Shown here piece by piece: positions 8,743 to 20,016 of a DNA stretch of 64,000 nucleotides (position 1 is the stretch's first letter; every line of letters begins with the position of its first letter). The translations under genes were made by a program, and so were the position numbers. Under the pieces are notes generated by a model, which was not told the origin of the DNA, made no database searches, and saw only the letters and a program-made list of their open reading frames with translations. Where the stretch lies: positions 3,841-67,840 of the forward strand of contig RPGO01000033.1 of assembly GCA_004193545.1 (NCBI GenBank), read 5' to 3'. The stretch comes from Candidatus Argoarchaeum ethanivorans (GTDB lineage: Archaea; Halobacteriota; Methanosarcinia; Methanosarcinales; EX4572-44).

Positions 8743-9526
8743 CAAAGTATATTTAGGCGACTGCATTGAAATTATGAAAAAACTTCCTGGAAAGTCCATA
8801 GATTTGATCTTCGCAGATCCACCATTTAATATCGGGGTAAAGTATGATAAATACAATGACAATCTATCTTATGAAGAATATTATGATTGGTCAAAAGAAT
8901 GGATATTAGAGACATGCAGATTATTAAAAAAACATGGGTCGATATATATTGCGATTGGAGATGAATTTGCAGCTGAAATAAACATAATTTTGAAACAGAC
9001 CGGATATTACTTTAGAAACTGGATAATATGGTATTACACCTTTGGTCAAAATCAGCGAAAAAAATTTAATCGATCGCATACACATATCTTGTATTTTACT
9101 AAAGACAAAGAGAAGTCTGTATTTAACTCCGATGATATTCGAGTTCCTTCAGCAAGACAACTTGTTTATAAAGATAAAAGGGCAAATCCCAAGGGAAAAA
9201 TTCCAGATGATGTGTGGCAATTCTCAAGGGTATGTGGGACATTTAAAGAACGGTTAGGAACTCATCCGTGTCAGATGCCTGAATCTTTGCTAGAACGGAT
9301 AATCCAGGTAAGTTCTAATGAATGGGATAAAGTTCTGGATCCTTTTGGTGGGACAGGAACAACATCAGCAGTTGCTAAACGATTAAAAAGACATTTTATA
9401 ACGATGGAAATATCAGAAGAATACTATAATCTTATATTAAAAAGGTTGGATGGTAAAGTTGCAGAGATAAAAAGAGATGTGAAGGTTGAATCGGAAAAGC
9501 AGATGACATTACTTGATATGGCGTGA
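8732..9526 (+). CDS. beta-class N6-adenine/N4-cytosine DNA methyltransferase
   Basis: Motif IV DPPFN sits near the N-terminus and motif I LDPFGGTGTT near the C-terminus. The start ATG 8732 gives MEVDKVYLGDC. Confidence 0.85.
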   Translation: MEVDKVYLGDCIEIMKKLPGKSIDLIFADPPFNIGVKYDKYNDNLSYEEYYDWSKEWILETCRLLKKHGSIYIAIGDEFAAEINIILKQTGYYFRNWIIWYYTFGQNQRKKFNRSHTHILYFTKDKEKSVFNSDDIRVPSARQLVYKDKRANPKGKIPDDVWQFSRVCGTFKERLGTHPCQMPESLLERIIQVSSNEWDKVLDPFGGTGTTSAVAKRLKRHFITMEISEEYYNLILKRLDGKVAEIKRDVKVESEKQMTLLDMA

Positions 9527-9687
9527 TAAGAAGAATGCCCAACTAACGGTCCACTGGATGCCCTGTATTTTAATTGAGAGTGGCACGGCTTGGGCTTATG
9601 CACAAAGAAGTTATGCAGGGCTGCAACATAAAAACCGTCTAATTTATGTAATATGTTTTCCATTGAAGCGTGACTTAAGGAGTTATT

Positions 9688-11007
9688 ATGGTGCTTGATA
9701 AACTTGGCGGGTCTTTGCAGAATGTACTAAAAAGGATTGCCGGTGCCGGTCGAATCGATGAGCGTACAGTCAGTGAACTGGTCAAGGATATTCAGCGGGC
9801 ACTCTTGCAGGCTGATGTGAATGTGAAGCTTGTGATGAAGCTTTCAAAGCGAATAAAAGAGCGTTCATTGAAGGAGAAGCCGCCTGCTGGAATAAACCCG
9901 CGTGAGCACGTGGTTCACATCGTGTACCAGGAATTAATTGATATTATAGGTCGAAGCAGCGATATTAAGCTTGGTAAGCAGACCATTATGATGGTTGGTT
10001 TGCAGGGTGGAGGTAAGACAACTACTACAGTCAAGCTTGCGCGCTATTTTCAACGTAAAGGACTCAAGCCAGCAGTTATATGTGTGGATACATTTCGTCC
10101 CGGTGCTTATGAGCAACTTAAAACGCTCTGTGAACGCATCCATGTTGCTTTTTATGGTGAAGCTGGTAATTCAAATGCAGTAGAGATCTTAAAGCACGGA
10201 CTCCCACAGATAGAAAAATATGATGTCAAGATTATAGATACTGCCGGGAGGCACGCACTTGAATCAGAGTTAATTCAAGAAATGGAGGATATTTACGAAA
10301 TAGTAAAGCCTGATCACAAGTTTCTTGTGCTTGATGCTGCAATGGGTCAGCAGGCAAGTGAACAGGCAAAGGCATTCAATAACTCTATTGGCATCACAGG
10401 CATTATCATATCAAAACTTGATGGTACTGCCAAAGGTGGTGGAGCGCTTTCAGCGGTCTCGGAGACTGACTCGTCAATTGCGTTTATTGGTGCCGGGGAG
10501 ACGCCAGAAGATCTTGAGAAGTTCGAGCCAGACCGATTCATATCACGCCTGCTTGGTATGGGAGATATCAAGACTCTGATTGAAAAAGCAGAAGAATCCA
10601 TCGATGAAGAAGAGTTTAATATTGAAGACATGATGCAGGGCAAGTTTACACTAAAGGACATGTACAAACAGCTTAAAGCTATTAACAAGCTTGGACCACT
10701 TAAAAACGTGATGCAGATGCTGCCTATGGGGAAACTCGGACTTAAAGTCTCAGACGATATGTACAAGGTAACAACAGACCGTCTTGACAAATACAAAGTG
10801 GTCATGGATTCTATGAACGACAGAGAGCTTGAAGATCCACGAATCATCAACAGCTCACGAATGTTTCGCATTGCACACGGTTCTGGAAACGATATTGATG
10901 TGGTGCGTGAGCTAATAAAATACCACCGCACCATGCAGAAAGCTATGAAAGGTTTGCGTGGTGGTAATTTTAATGTCCAAAAAATGATGAAAAAACTTGG
11001 AATGTAA
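9688..11007 (+). CDS. srp54: signal recognition particle protein SRP54
   Basis: It has N, G and M domains: [15 protein letters not shown], and a Met-rich C-terminus. Confidence 0.95.
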   Translation: MVLDKLGGSLQNVLKRIAGAGRIDERTVSELVKDIQRALLQADVNVKLVMKLSKRIKERSLKEKPPAGINPREHVVHIVYQELIDIIGRSSDIKLGKQTIMMVGLQGGGKTTTTVKLARYFQRKGLKPAVICVDTFRPGAYEQLKTLCERIHVAFYGEAGNSNAVEILKHGLPQIEKYDVKIIDTAGRHALESELIQEMEDIYEIVKPDHKFLVLDAAMGQQASEQAKAFNNSIGITGIIISKLDGTAKGGGALSAVSETDSSIAFIGAGETPEDLEKFEPDRFISRLLGMGDIKTLIEKAEESIDEEEFNIEDMMQGKFTLKDMYKQLKAINKLGPLKNVMQMLPMGKLGLKVSDDMYKVTTDRLDKYKVVMDSMNDRELEDPRIINSSRMFRIAHGSGNDIDVVRELIKYHRTMQKAMKGLRGGNFNVQKMMKKLGM

Positions 11008-11015
11008 AAAAGAAT

Positions 11016-11552
11016 ATGTCGTCAGCAGAACATAAAAAACACACACCAATGCATCTAAAATTTGCAATAATAACAGTCAGCACTTCAAGGTATGAAAAAA
11101 ACACGAGAGCTTTAAATCCCGGTGACACCGAAGACGGCTCAGGCAAACTTATGATAAAGATGGCTAAAGAGGCAGGGCATGCGGTTTGGTCTTATCTTCT
11201 TGTGCCTGACCAGGTAAACAAAATCATAGATGCAGTTGAAAAGGTTCAAAAGCAGGTTGATGCAATAATTATCAGTGGTGGGACTGGCATATCGCCAACA
11301 GATGTTACAATAGAAGCAGTATCCCCGCTTTTTATTCGTGAAATACCAGGATTTGGCGAGTTTTTTAGAGAATTGAGCAGAGAGGATATAGGCACTGCTG
11401 CAATGTTAAGCCGTGCAGCAGCAGGCATAATCAACAAGGATGTTATCGTATTCTGCCTGCCAGGCTCACCTGATGGAGTGCGTATTGCCTTAACAAGGCT
11501 CATTCTTCCAGAAATCGGGCATCTGGTCAAACATGCTCGAATGCTTGCGTAG
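11016..11552 (+). CDS. moaB: molybdenum cofactor biosynthesis protein B (MoaB/MogA family)
   Basis: It reads ITVSTSR...DAIIISGGTGISPTDVT...PGFGE...LPGSP. Confidence 0.85.
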   Translation: MSSAEHKKHTPMHLKFAIITVSTSRYEKNTRALNPGDTEDGSGKLMIKMAKEAGHAVWSYLLVPDQVNKIIDAVEKVQKQVDAIIISGGTGISPTDVTIEAVSPLFIREIPGFGEFFRELSREDIGTAAMLSRAAAGIINKDVIVFCLPGSPDGVRIALTRLILPEIGHLVKHARMLA

Positions 11553-11828
11553 AAAGGTATTCGAGTGCATTATCCATGCTTTATTGCCAAGAGTGGTTAA
11601 AATTCCTGAATCTTTCAACAACTCGTTTTTTCTTTTTCTGTACTGTTCTACCTTTTCCTTAACAGCGCCCACCAGGGAAAGTTCGTCTTTATCAAGAGTA
11701 ACTTCAATACCTTTACTGATCGTTCCCACGATTTCAGGCACACACATTTCAAGACACTTGCTTACTTTAGCCAGAGTTTCAGCTTCACTGAACTTCTGAC
11801 ATGTGTTTCGTTGATGTTTATTGTACAA
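11490..11828 (-). CDS. hypothetical protein (weak call)
   Basis: A 112-codon ORF converges on moaB and overlaps its end by 63 nt. No recognisable motif. Confidence 0.25.
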   Translation of the reverse strand: MYNKHQRNTCQKFSEAETLAKVSKCLEMCVPEIVGTISKGIEVTLDKDELSLVGAVKEKVEQYRKRKNELLKDSGILTTLGNKAWIMHSNTFLRKHSSMFDQMPDFWKNEPC

Positions 11829-12075
11829 TTTGTAAGGTCTATATTTGAGGCACCAGTACCAGTCTGGGAGGGGGTTAATTTTCGGTAGTGTCCCAATTTA
11901 CGATAGTTTATTATAGTATGCAAGAGAACCATTCTTCTGGTGAACACCATGGTGCGACAGTCTCGCTGCACCGAAAGCCTAATATAGTTACTCAACAGAG
12001 GTATTTGAACGTTATAAAAACAATCACATCCTGTGAACTAAAACAAAACTCTAAAAAATTTCCTAACAATTATTT

Positions 12076-12373
12076 AACGTATAGGAAAGTATAAATGCAA
12101 CAACATTTTCCTGCTATTGAAATCCGATACATAACTCTGCACAACGAAGTTGTGCAGTTTTTAAAAAAGATAGGAAGCTAAGAGAAATGCAGACGGTGTA
12201 TAAATACAGACTGTGTCCAGCATCCAAACAAGAGCAGTCTCTGTTATTTGTTATGAATGTCTATCGGTGGATTTACAAACAGCATTACCGGAACTGAAAA
12301 ATAATCATCCCAATCTGAAAAAAGTCAACTCAAAAATCCTTCAGATGGCATTATTCATGCTTTCCTATACGTT
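12076..12373 (+). mobile_element. MITE-like about 300-bp element with 14-bp perfect terminal inverted repeats, carrying a TnpB-like remnant
   Basis: AACGTATAGGAAAG at 12076 pairs with CTTTCCTATACGTT at 12360-12373. The internal ORF (12213-) reads TALPELKNNHPNLKKVNSKILQMA, like the N-terminal segment of IS605/IS1341 TnpB. It also contains hairpin 12137-12157. Confidence 0.5.
12137..12157. repeat. hairpin repeat
   Basis: CTGCACAAC-gaa-GTTGTGCAG is a perfect 9-bp stem followed by T5. Confidence 0.85.
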
Positions 12374-12451
12374 AAAAAAGAATGGTAAAACCTCCTTTCC
12401 ATTGGGGGCAGTTCATAACAAATGTGTGATCATAAATAAAAGGAATTACTG

Positions 12452-13654
12452 ATGAAAGCGATTATTCTTGCTGCAGGAGAAGGAATCAGATGCAGGCCAC
12501 TAACATTTACAAGATCAAAGGTGATGCTGCCAATCGCAAACAAACCAGTGATTGAGTATGCGGTTCGTGCACTTTATGACAATGGAATTGTCGATATTAT
12601 CATCGTTGTAGGGTATGCAAAAGAGCGCATCATGAACTATTTTGGTAATGGGAAAGATTTTGATCTGAATATTGAATATGTAGAGCAAAAACAACAACTT
12701 GGTACAGCCCATGCAATAGATCAGGTAAAAGATTTAGTCGATGATGAATTTCTTGTGTTAAACGGGGATAATCTTGTCAGTGCAAAGACAATCACAGACC
12801 TCATTAAAAGACATGAAGGCGGCATATCGATCCTGACAGTAGCAAGTGCCAATACCACCGAATATGCAATCGTTGAAGAAACGAATACAAAGGTGAAAAG
12901 AGTCGTCGAGGGGCAGAAACTAAAAAAGGTTAGCAATATCAATACTGGAATTTATATACTAAACCCAGATATTTTTGGTGCAATCAGGGAGACGCTTCAG
13001 TCAAATCTTGGTGAGTTCGGGATCACAGACTCGATACAGAACATGGTTGATGAAGGCTACAATGTGCATGCATACAAAACAAATCACACATGGATGGATG
13101 TTGCACATTCATGGGACTTGCTTGATGTAAATGCACGAATTCTTGAGGATGTTTCAAGGTCGGTACATGGAACAATACACGGCACAACCAAAGGCCAGGT
13201 AAAGGTCGGCAGTAATTCAATCATTAGAGAAGGTTCCTATATTACAGGTCCTGTCGTCATAGGAAAAAACTGTGACATCGGTGCAAACGTGGTCATTGCT
13301 CCATCCACATCCATTGGAGATAATGTCACAATCGAGCCGTTTACATATATTAGAAACAGCGTAATCTTTGATAATGTCTACATCGGTTCACAGAGCACCA
13401 TAAAGAATTCTATCATCGCAGAAAACAATATCATTGGCAGTCATTTCACTACAGATACCGGGAAGAACCTGTTGATAGAACTTGGTGGAAACCTGTATCG
13501 TGCAGACGAGTTTGGTACCATACTTGGAGATAGTAACATTATAGGAGGCAATGTTTCTATGATGGCAGGAACGCTGGTTGGAACAGAGTGCAGGATTGAA
13601 ACAGGTACTGTCATCAGGAAGCAGATACCAAACCACTCACTGGTGATGCAGTAG
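12452..13654 (+). CDS. glmU: bifunctional sugar-1-phosphate nucleotidylyltransferase/acetyltransferase (archaeal GlmU type)
   Basis: The N-terminus is LAAGEG.R..PLT..R.K. The C-terminus has hexapeptide (left-handed beta-helix) repeats. The gene is adjacent to glmS. Confidence 0.8.
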   Translation: MKAIILAAGEGIRCRPLTFTRSKVMLPIANKPVIEYAVRALYDNGIVDIIIVVGYAKERIMNYFGNGKDFDLNIEYVEQKQQLGTAHAIDQVKDLVDDEFLVLNGDNLVSAKTITDLIKRHEGGISILTVASANTTEYAIVEETNTKVKRVVEGQKLKKVSNINTGIYILNPDIFGAIRETLQSNLGEFGITDSIQNMVDEGYNVHAYKTNHTWMDVAHSWDLLDVNARILEDVSRSVHGTIHGTTKGQVKVGSNSIIREGSYITGPVVIGKNCDIGANVVIAPSTSIGDNVTIEPFTYIRNSVIFDNVYIGSQSTIKNSIIAENNIIGSHFTTDTGKNLLIELGGNLYRADEFGTILGDSNIIGGNVSMMAGTLVGTECRIETGTVIRKQIPNHSLVMQ

Positions 13655-15454
13655 ATGTGTGGCATTGTAGGCTATCTTGGCGGCTCCAGTGCTGCTGCAC
13701 AACCAGTTCTTTTTGATCTTCTAAAGAGACTTGAGTATCGTGGATATGATTCTGCAGGTATTGCTGTTATGAACGGGAGCATCCAGGTACTCAAGACAAA
13801 GGGAAGTGTTAATAATCTGATGTCGGAAACTCCCATTCTTAGAGGATGCTGCGGCATCGGTCATACCAGATGGGCAACACATGGAAAGCCGTCATCTAAA
13901 AATGCGCATCCACACTGTTGCGATACCAACAAGATCGCTGTTGTCCATAATGGAATCATTGAAAACTATATAGAAATCAGGGACAAGCTGATTGATTTAG
14001 GACACAAGTTCAGATCTGAAACAGACACAGAGGTGCTTCCACACTTAATCGAGGAAAATTATAATAATGACCTTGAATCATCGGTGAGACAGGCACTATC
14101 AATGGTTCGTGGATCGTATGCACTTGCTGCGATAAGCTCGAACGATCCCGATAAAATCGTAGTAGCAAGAAAAGATAGTCCTCTTGTTCTTGGACTTGGT
14201 GAGACTGGTTTTTTTATTGCATCTGATGTTTCTGGCATCCTGAAATATACAAAAGATGTAATTTTTTTGAATGACCGTGAGCTTGCAGTAATCAGTCATA
14301 ATGGAATAGAAATTACAACACTGGATGGAAAAAAGGTTGACAAAAAAATCGAAACGATTAAATGGAACGCCGAATCCGCAGAAAAAAGCGGGTATCCACA
14401 CTTCATGCTAAAAGAGATCTTTGAACAACCAGACGTTATCCGTGAAACATTTTCAGGAAGAATGTCCGCTGAAGGAGTTGATCTTGAGGTAGTGATGCCA
14501 GATGCACGACGAATTATTATCACAGCATGCGGAACCTCATACCATGCAGGACTGTTCGGAAGATATGTGATCGAGCGATTTGCTCGTATCCCTGTGAATG
14601 TTGAGATTGCATCTGAATTCAGATACATCAATCCGATTGTTAATTCCAGTGATCTGGTGATAGGGATAACCCAGTCAGGAGAGACCGCAGACACCCTTGC
14701 AGCAGTGAGAGAAGTTAACCTTGAAAAAAGCCAGAAATTTGGTATCGTCAATGTACCAGGAAGCAGCATCACAAGGGAGTCTCAATGTTTATTCACAAGA
14801 GCAGGACCTGAAATTGGGGTTGCTGCTACCAAATCATTTACCTCTCAGCTTGCTGTACTGCTTCTATTAGCAGTGCAACTTGGAAGGGCAAGAAAAGAGA
14901 TGTCAACAGCAGATGCAAATGACTTTGTTTATGACTTAAAGCAGATGAGCGGTAATATCCAGCGGGTATTAAACGAAGCAGATAATATCAAAAAATGCGC
15001 TCTGGTCTTTGCCGATGCCGACCAGTTTTTATTTATGGGAAGGGGCGCAAACTATCCGATTGCTCTTGAAGGTGCACTGAAATTAAAAGAGATCTCATAC
15101 ATTAAAGCAGAGGGCTTTCCTGCAGGCGAATTGAAGCATGGGCCGCTTGCATTAATCTACGATGGAGTTCCAGTAGTAGCGATCGCAACAGAAGGTGTGA
15201 CATACGAGAAGATGCTTGGTAACATCAAGGAAATAAAAGCAAGAGGCGCTACTGTTATTGGTATTGCAAATGAAAGCGATACCAAGATAGAAAAGTATGT
15301 GGATCGTGTGCTTCGTATACCTGATTCTAACCCCTGGATTTCACCTGTACTTTCCTCGGTTGTACTTCAGTTATTTGCATACTATGTTGCAGACTACAAA
15401 GGATGCGAAATTGATAAGCCGAGAAATCTTGCAAAGAGTGTTACTGTTGAATAA
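13655..15454 (+). CDS. glmS: glutamine--fructose-6-phosphate aminotransferase
   Basis: It has the MCGIVGY N-terminal nucleophile, two SIS domains and the C-terminal KSVTVE. Confidence 0.95.
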   Translation: MCGIVGYLGGSSAAAQPVLFDLLKRLEYRGYDSAGIAVMNGSIQVLKTKGSVNNLMSETPILRGCCGIGHTRWATHGKPSSKNAHPHCCDTNKIAVVHNGIIENYIEIRDKLIDLGHKFRSETDTEVLPHLIEENYNNDLESSVRQALSMVRGSYALAAISSNDPDKIVVARKDSPLVLGLGETGFFIASDVSGILKYTKDVIFLNDRELAVISHNGIEITTLDGKKVDKKIETIKWNAESAEKSGYPHFMLKEIFEQPDVIRETFSGRMSAEGVDLEVVMPDARRIIITACGTSYHAGLFGRYVIERFARIPVNVEIASEFRYINPIVNSSDLVIGITQSGETADTLAAVREVNLEKSQKFGIVNVPGSSITRESQCLFTRAGPEIGVAATKSFTSQLAVLLLLAVQLGRARKEMSTADANDFVYDLKQMSGNIQRVLNEADNIKKCALVFADADQFLFMGRGANYPIALEGALKLKEISYIKAEGFPAGELKHGPLALIYDGVPVVAIATEGVTYEKMLGNIKEIKARGATVIGIANESDTKIEKYVDRVLRIPDSNPWISPVLSSVVLQLFAYYVADYKGCEIDKPRNLAKSVTVE

Positions 15455-15459
15455 CTGCA

Positions 15460-15548
15460 CTGCACAACTTCGTTGTGCAGAAAATAACTCTCGATTGCGC
15501 TAGCAATCGAGTGCATAGAAAATAACTCTCGACTACGAAGTAGTCGAG
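15460..15548. repeat. array of three hairpin repeats separated by the constant linker GAAAATAACT
   Basis: The hairpins are CTGCACAAC-ttc-GTTGTGCAG (15460-15480), CTCGATTGC-gcta-GCAATCGAG (15490-15511) and CTCGACTAC-gaa-GTAGTCGAG (15528-15548). Confidence 0.9.
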
Positions 15549-15551
15549 TTC

Positions 15552-16118
15552 CTATACGTTCAAAAAATTAAAAACAATCTTGAGACCTGCTGGTGTGAGC
15601 ACAGATTCCGGATGAAATTGCACCCCCTCTATGGGATACTTGTTGTGGCGAATTCCCATGATCAAGCCACTTTCAGTCTTTGCAGTAACTACAAACTCTG
15701 CTGGAAGAAGTGTAATGGCAAGTGAGTGATAGCGTGCGGCCTCAAACGGATTCTCAATTCCTTTATAGATGCGTCTACCATCATGGTATATGTTGGCAGT
15801 TTTGCCATGAATCGGACCATCTGGTGAATGGCTAACTTTGCCGCCAAAAGCTACTGCAATTGCCTGGTGACCAAGACAAACTCCAAGCTGCGGAGTATCA
15901 GTGAAATGCCTGATTATTTCGATACAATTTCCAATATCTCGATTGTTGGAAGGATTGCCAGGTCCCGGTGAGATAACAATTGCATCAGGCGATATTTCCC
16001 TTACTTTTTCTATAGTGATTGTATTAGGAGCTACTATCGTATCTGGCTCGAATTTTGATACGTAATCCACTAGGTTCCATACAAAAGAATCTTTATTGTT
16101 GATAAACAGCACCTTCAT
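15552..16118 (-). CDS. trpG: anthranilate synthase component II (glutamine amidotransferase; TrpG/PabA family)
   Basis: It is a class I GATase (GVCLGHQ, HPES). It overlaps the component I gene by 4 nt. Confidence 0.85.
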   Translation of the reverse strand: MKVLFINNKDSFVWNLVDYVSKFEPDTIVAPNTITIEKVREISPDAIVISPGPGNPSNNRDIGNCIEIIRHFTDTPQLGVCLGHQAIAVAFGGKVSHSPDGPIHGKTANIYHDGRRIYKGIENPFEAARYHSLAITLLPAEFVVTAKTESGLIMGIRHNKYPIEGVQFHPESVLTPAGLKIVFNFLNV

Positions 16119-17680
16119 GTAGAATCGCCTTTAAGTACTGTTTGCATCATTGCAGCCATCTTGCGTTCAGTCTCATTGTATTCGTAGAGAGGGTCAGAAT
16201 CAGCCACAATTCCAGCACCAGCCTGCACATATATCTTGCTGCCCTGTTGTATCATCGTTCGGATTACAATAGCAAAATCTGCATCACCATTAAAACAGTA
16301 ATAGCCAGCGCCGCCGCCATAGATTCCACGCGGAGCCATCTCCAGATCATGGATAATTTCCATTGCCCGAATCTTTGGAGCACCACTCAGTGTTCCGGCT
16401 GGAAAAATCTCCCGCGTGGCATCAAACGCATCGCACTCTTCCCGAAGCTCTCCTGTAACGGTGCTTTCGATATGCTGCACATGAGAGTATTTGAGAACTG
16501 ACATAAAATCTTCCACTATTACACTATTAGACTTGCATACAGCACGCACATCATTACGTCCAAGATCAACCAGCATCACGTGTTCAGCCCTCTCTTTTTC
16601 ACTCGAGAGCATCTGCTCAGCAAAAACACTGTCTTCCTCGGGCGTGCTGCCTCTTGGACATGTGCCAGCAATGGGGTTTGTGACAACCTTTCGATTATGT
16701 ACTGAAAGAAGAGTCTCGGGACTTGCACCGATAATAGCTGTGTCTTTAAACTCAAACAGGTACATGTACGGGCTTGGATTCACCTTTCGGAGTTGTTGAT
16801 ACAACTGATAAGCACTCTGTTGTGTTTCAAGTTCACAGCGCCGTGATGGTACAACCTGTAGAATATCGCCGTCAATAATGTGCTGCTTTGCACGCTCTAC
16901 CATCTGTTCAAAATCCATCTTATCAGCAGTGCAGCCAACAACATGAACATTGTGCTGTGAAACAGACTCTGGAATGGTTTGAGTCTGGGAGAGTAAATGC
17001 TCAATGTTTGATACTTCAAAGACTATATTTTCATATATTGCTTTTAGATTTGAATCTTCTGTGATGTGTTCGGTGAATATCAGATGTGTTTTTTTTGTCA
17101 GGTGGTCAAAAAGTATTGTTTTTGTTGTAAGCACAAACTGGGCATCTGGAGTTTCGGAATAAAATGGCTGAAGGTCTATGTGGGAATCGTACACACAGTC
17201 GTAAGCAACAAAACCAATAGCTCCGCCAGAAAATACCTGGCGAGAAAAAACCATATCCTCGTGTACTATCTTGTCTATCAATATTGCTGCACGAAGAGCA
17301 TCAAACACGTCATATCCATCAGCAATATCACCTACAATCGCATTATTTGAGTAAGTAATTTTTTCACATACCTGTCCCACATTCGCTTTGACATCGTCAA
17401 TTACAGCAGTCTTGATGAAAAAATTGATCACAATCTTCCGATTTTTGATTGTGATTACTGCAAGAGGGCTCGCTCCAACAAAAGAAAATCTTGCATGCCT
17501 TTTCTCCTTTTCAACCGACTCAAGCAAATATGAATAGCCAGTTGAGTCATGCGATTTTAAAATGGCATAAACCTCTGAGGGGACAAGCTTTGTGTCAAGA
17601 AGAGTTGCAACCTGCACGAGACCATTTTTTTTATTCATCTTATTCAAAAATTCATTTTTAGATAATGTGATCATTTTCAA
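16115..17680 (-). CDS. trpE: anthranilate synthase component I (TrpE/PabB family)
   Basis: It has chorismate-binding signatures (GAPK..AMEII..LE...RG.YGG..GY, GAGIVADS). Confidence 0.8.
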   Translation of the reverse strand: MKMITLSKNEFLNKMNKKNGLVQVATLLDTKLVPSEVYAILKSHDSTGYSYLLESVEKEKRHARFSFVGASPLAVITIKNRKIVINFFIKTAVIDDVKANVGQVCEKITYSNNAIVGDIADGYDVFDALRAAILIDKIVHEDMVFSRQVFSGGAIGFVAYDCVYDSHIDLQPFYSETPDAQFVLTTKTILFDHLTKKTHLIFTEHITEDSNLKAIYENIVFEVSNIEHLLSQTQTIPESVSQHNVHVVGCTADKMDFEQMVERAKQHIIDGDILQVVPSRRCELETQQSAYQLYQQLRKVNPSPYMYLFEFKDTAIIGASPETLLSVHNRKVVTNPIAGTCPRGSTPEEDSVFAEQMLSSEKERAEHVMLVDLGRNDVRAVCKSNSVIVEDFMSVLKYSHVQHIESTVTGELREECDAFDATREIFPAGTLSGAPKIRAMEIIHDLEMAPRGIYGGGAGYYCFNGDADFAIVIRTMIQQGSKIYVQAGAGIVADSDPLYEYNETERKMAAMMQTVLKGDST

Positions 17681-17727
17681 GCCTCTTGACTATAAGTTTG
17701 TAGTTTAATATTTAAACATTGTTGCAT

Positions 17728-17776
17728 TTGATTGTTACGCAATCAAAAGTTAATTTCTGCACAACGAAGCTGTGTA
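17728..17776. repeat. two degenerate hairpin repeats
   Basis: The pair is TTGATTG-ttacg-CAATCAA (17728-17746) and CTGCACAAC-gaa-GCTGTGTAA (17757-17776, decayed right arm). Confidence 0.6.
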
Positions 17777-17870
17777 ATTAGGTTTTTCGTGCTTCATGTA
17801 TGAGACAACGACTCGTGGAGGTTTAATTAATATACAGTGAGACTTTATACATTGTAATTTGTAAAGAATA

Positions 17871-19653
<1,783 letters not shown>

Positions 19654-19667
19654 TTTCCTTTATCTTC

Positions 19668-19676
19668 TTTTTTTTT
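19668..19676 (+). terminator. oligo-T tract after glnK
   Basis: A T9 run lies about 15 nt after the stop. Confidence 0.4.
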
Positions 19677-19856
19677 GCACGTGTTTCGAGCTGATTCAAA
19701 AAAACCACGAGAGTTTACAAGATTAACACAGAGGGGAAAAATGGAAAATACGAATAAAAAGTGGCTCCATATGGGAGACTGCCATGTCATCTGGTGTTGA
19801 CACTGTTTTGAAGTTTTTGAAAATCATTATAGATACATATCTTGATTGCTGACGCA

Positions 19857-19921
19857 CTCGACTACTTCGTAGTCGAGAGTTGAAAGCTACCGGTTATTTT
19901 CTGCACAACGAAGTTGTACAG
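19857..19921. repeat. two hairpin repeats
   Basis: The pair is CTCGACTAC-ttc-GTAGTCGAG (19857-19877) and CTGCACAAC-gaa-GTTGTACAG (19901-19921), preceded by CGGTTATTTT. Confidence 0.85.
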
Positions 19922-20016
19922 TTCAGGAAAATCATCATTTGTGAGTTTCCCAATGTGGCAGCCCGGTGTTTCGATGAATTCATATAGTGTTATTCATGTT
20001 GTAGCTATTAGTATAT

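Noticed and set aside
9527-9687. Intergenic stretch before srp54 checked for an SRP RNA or tRNA gene
   Set aside because: It is too short for 7S RNA, and no cloverleaf or conserved SRP helix motifs were recognisable. No tRNA-like sequence was noticed anywhere in the window.
10347-10934. 195-aa antisense ORF within srp54. Similar long antisense or alternate-frame ORFs lie in nifK (42310-42978), the methyltransferase gene (26786-27400), glmS (14296-14772), amt/glnK (17750-18163, 19218-19790) and purB (4496-5017).
   Set aside because: Each is fully embedded in a gene with clear family signatures. Their translations are low-complexity or Ser/Leu/Cys-rich, as expected for shadow ORFs.
15451-15548. 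Regularly spaced repeats after glmS looked CRISPR-like at first glance
   Set aside because: There are only three units. The conserved part is the roughly 10-nt linker while the palindromes differ. No cas genes or leader are present. The units belong to the dispersed hairpin family.
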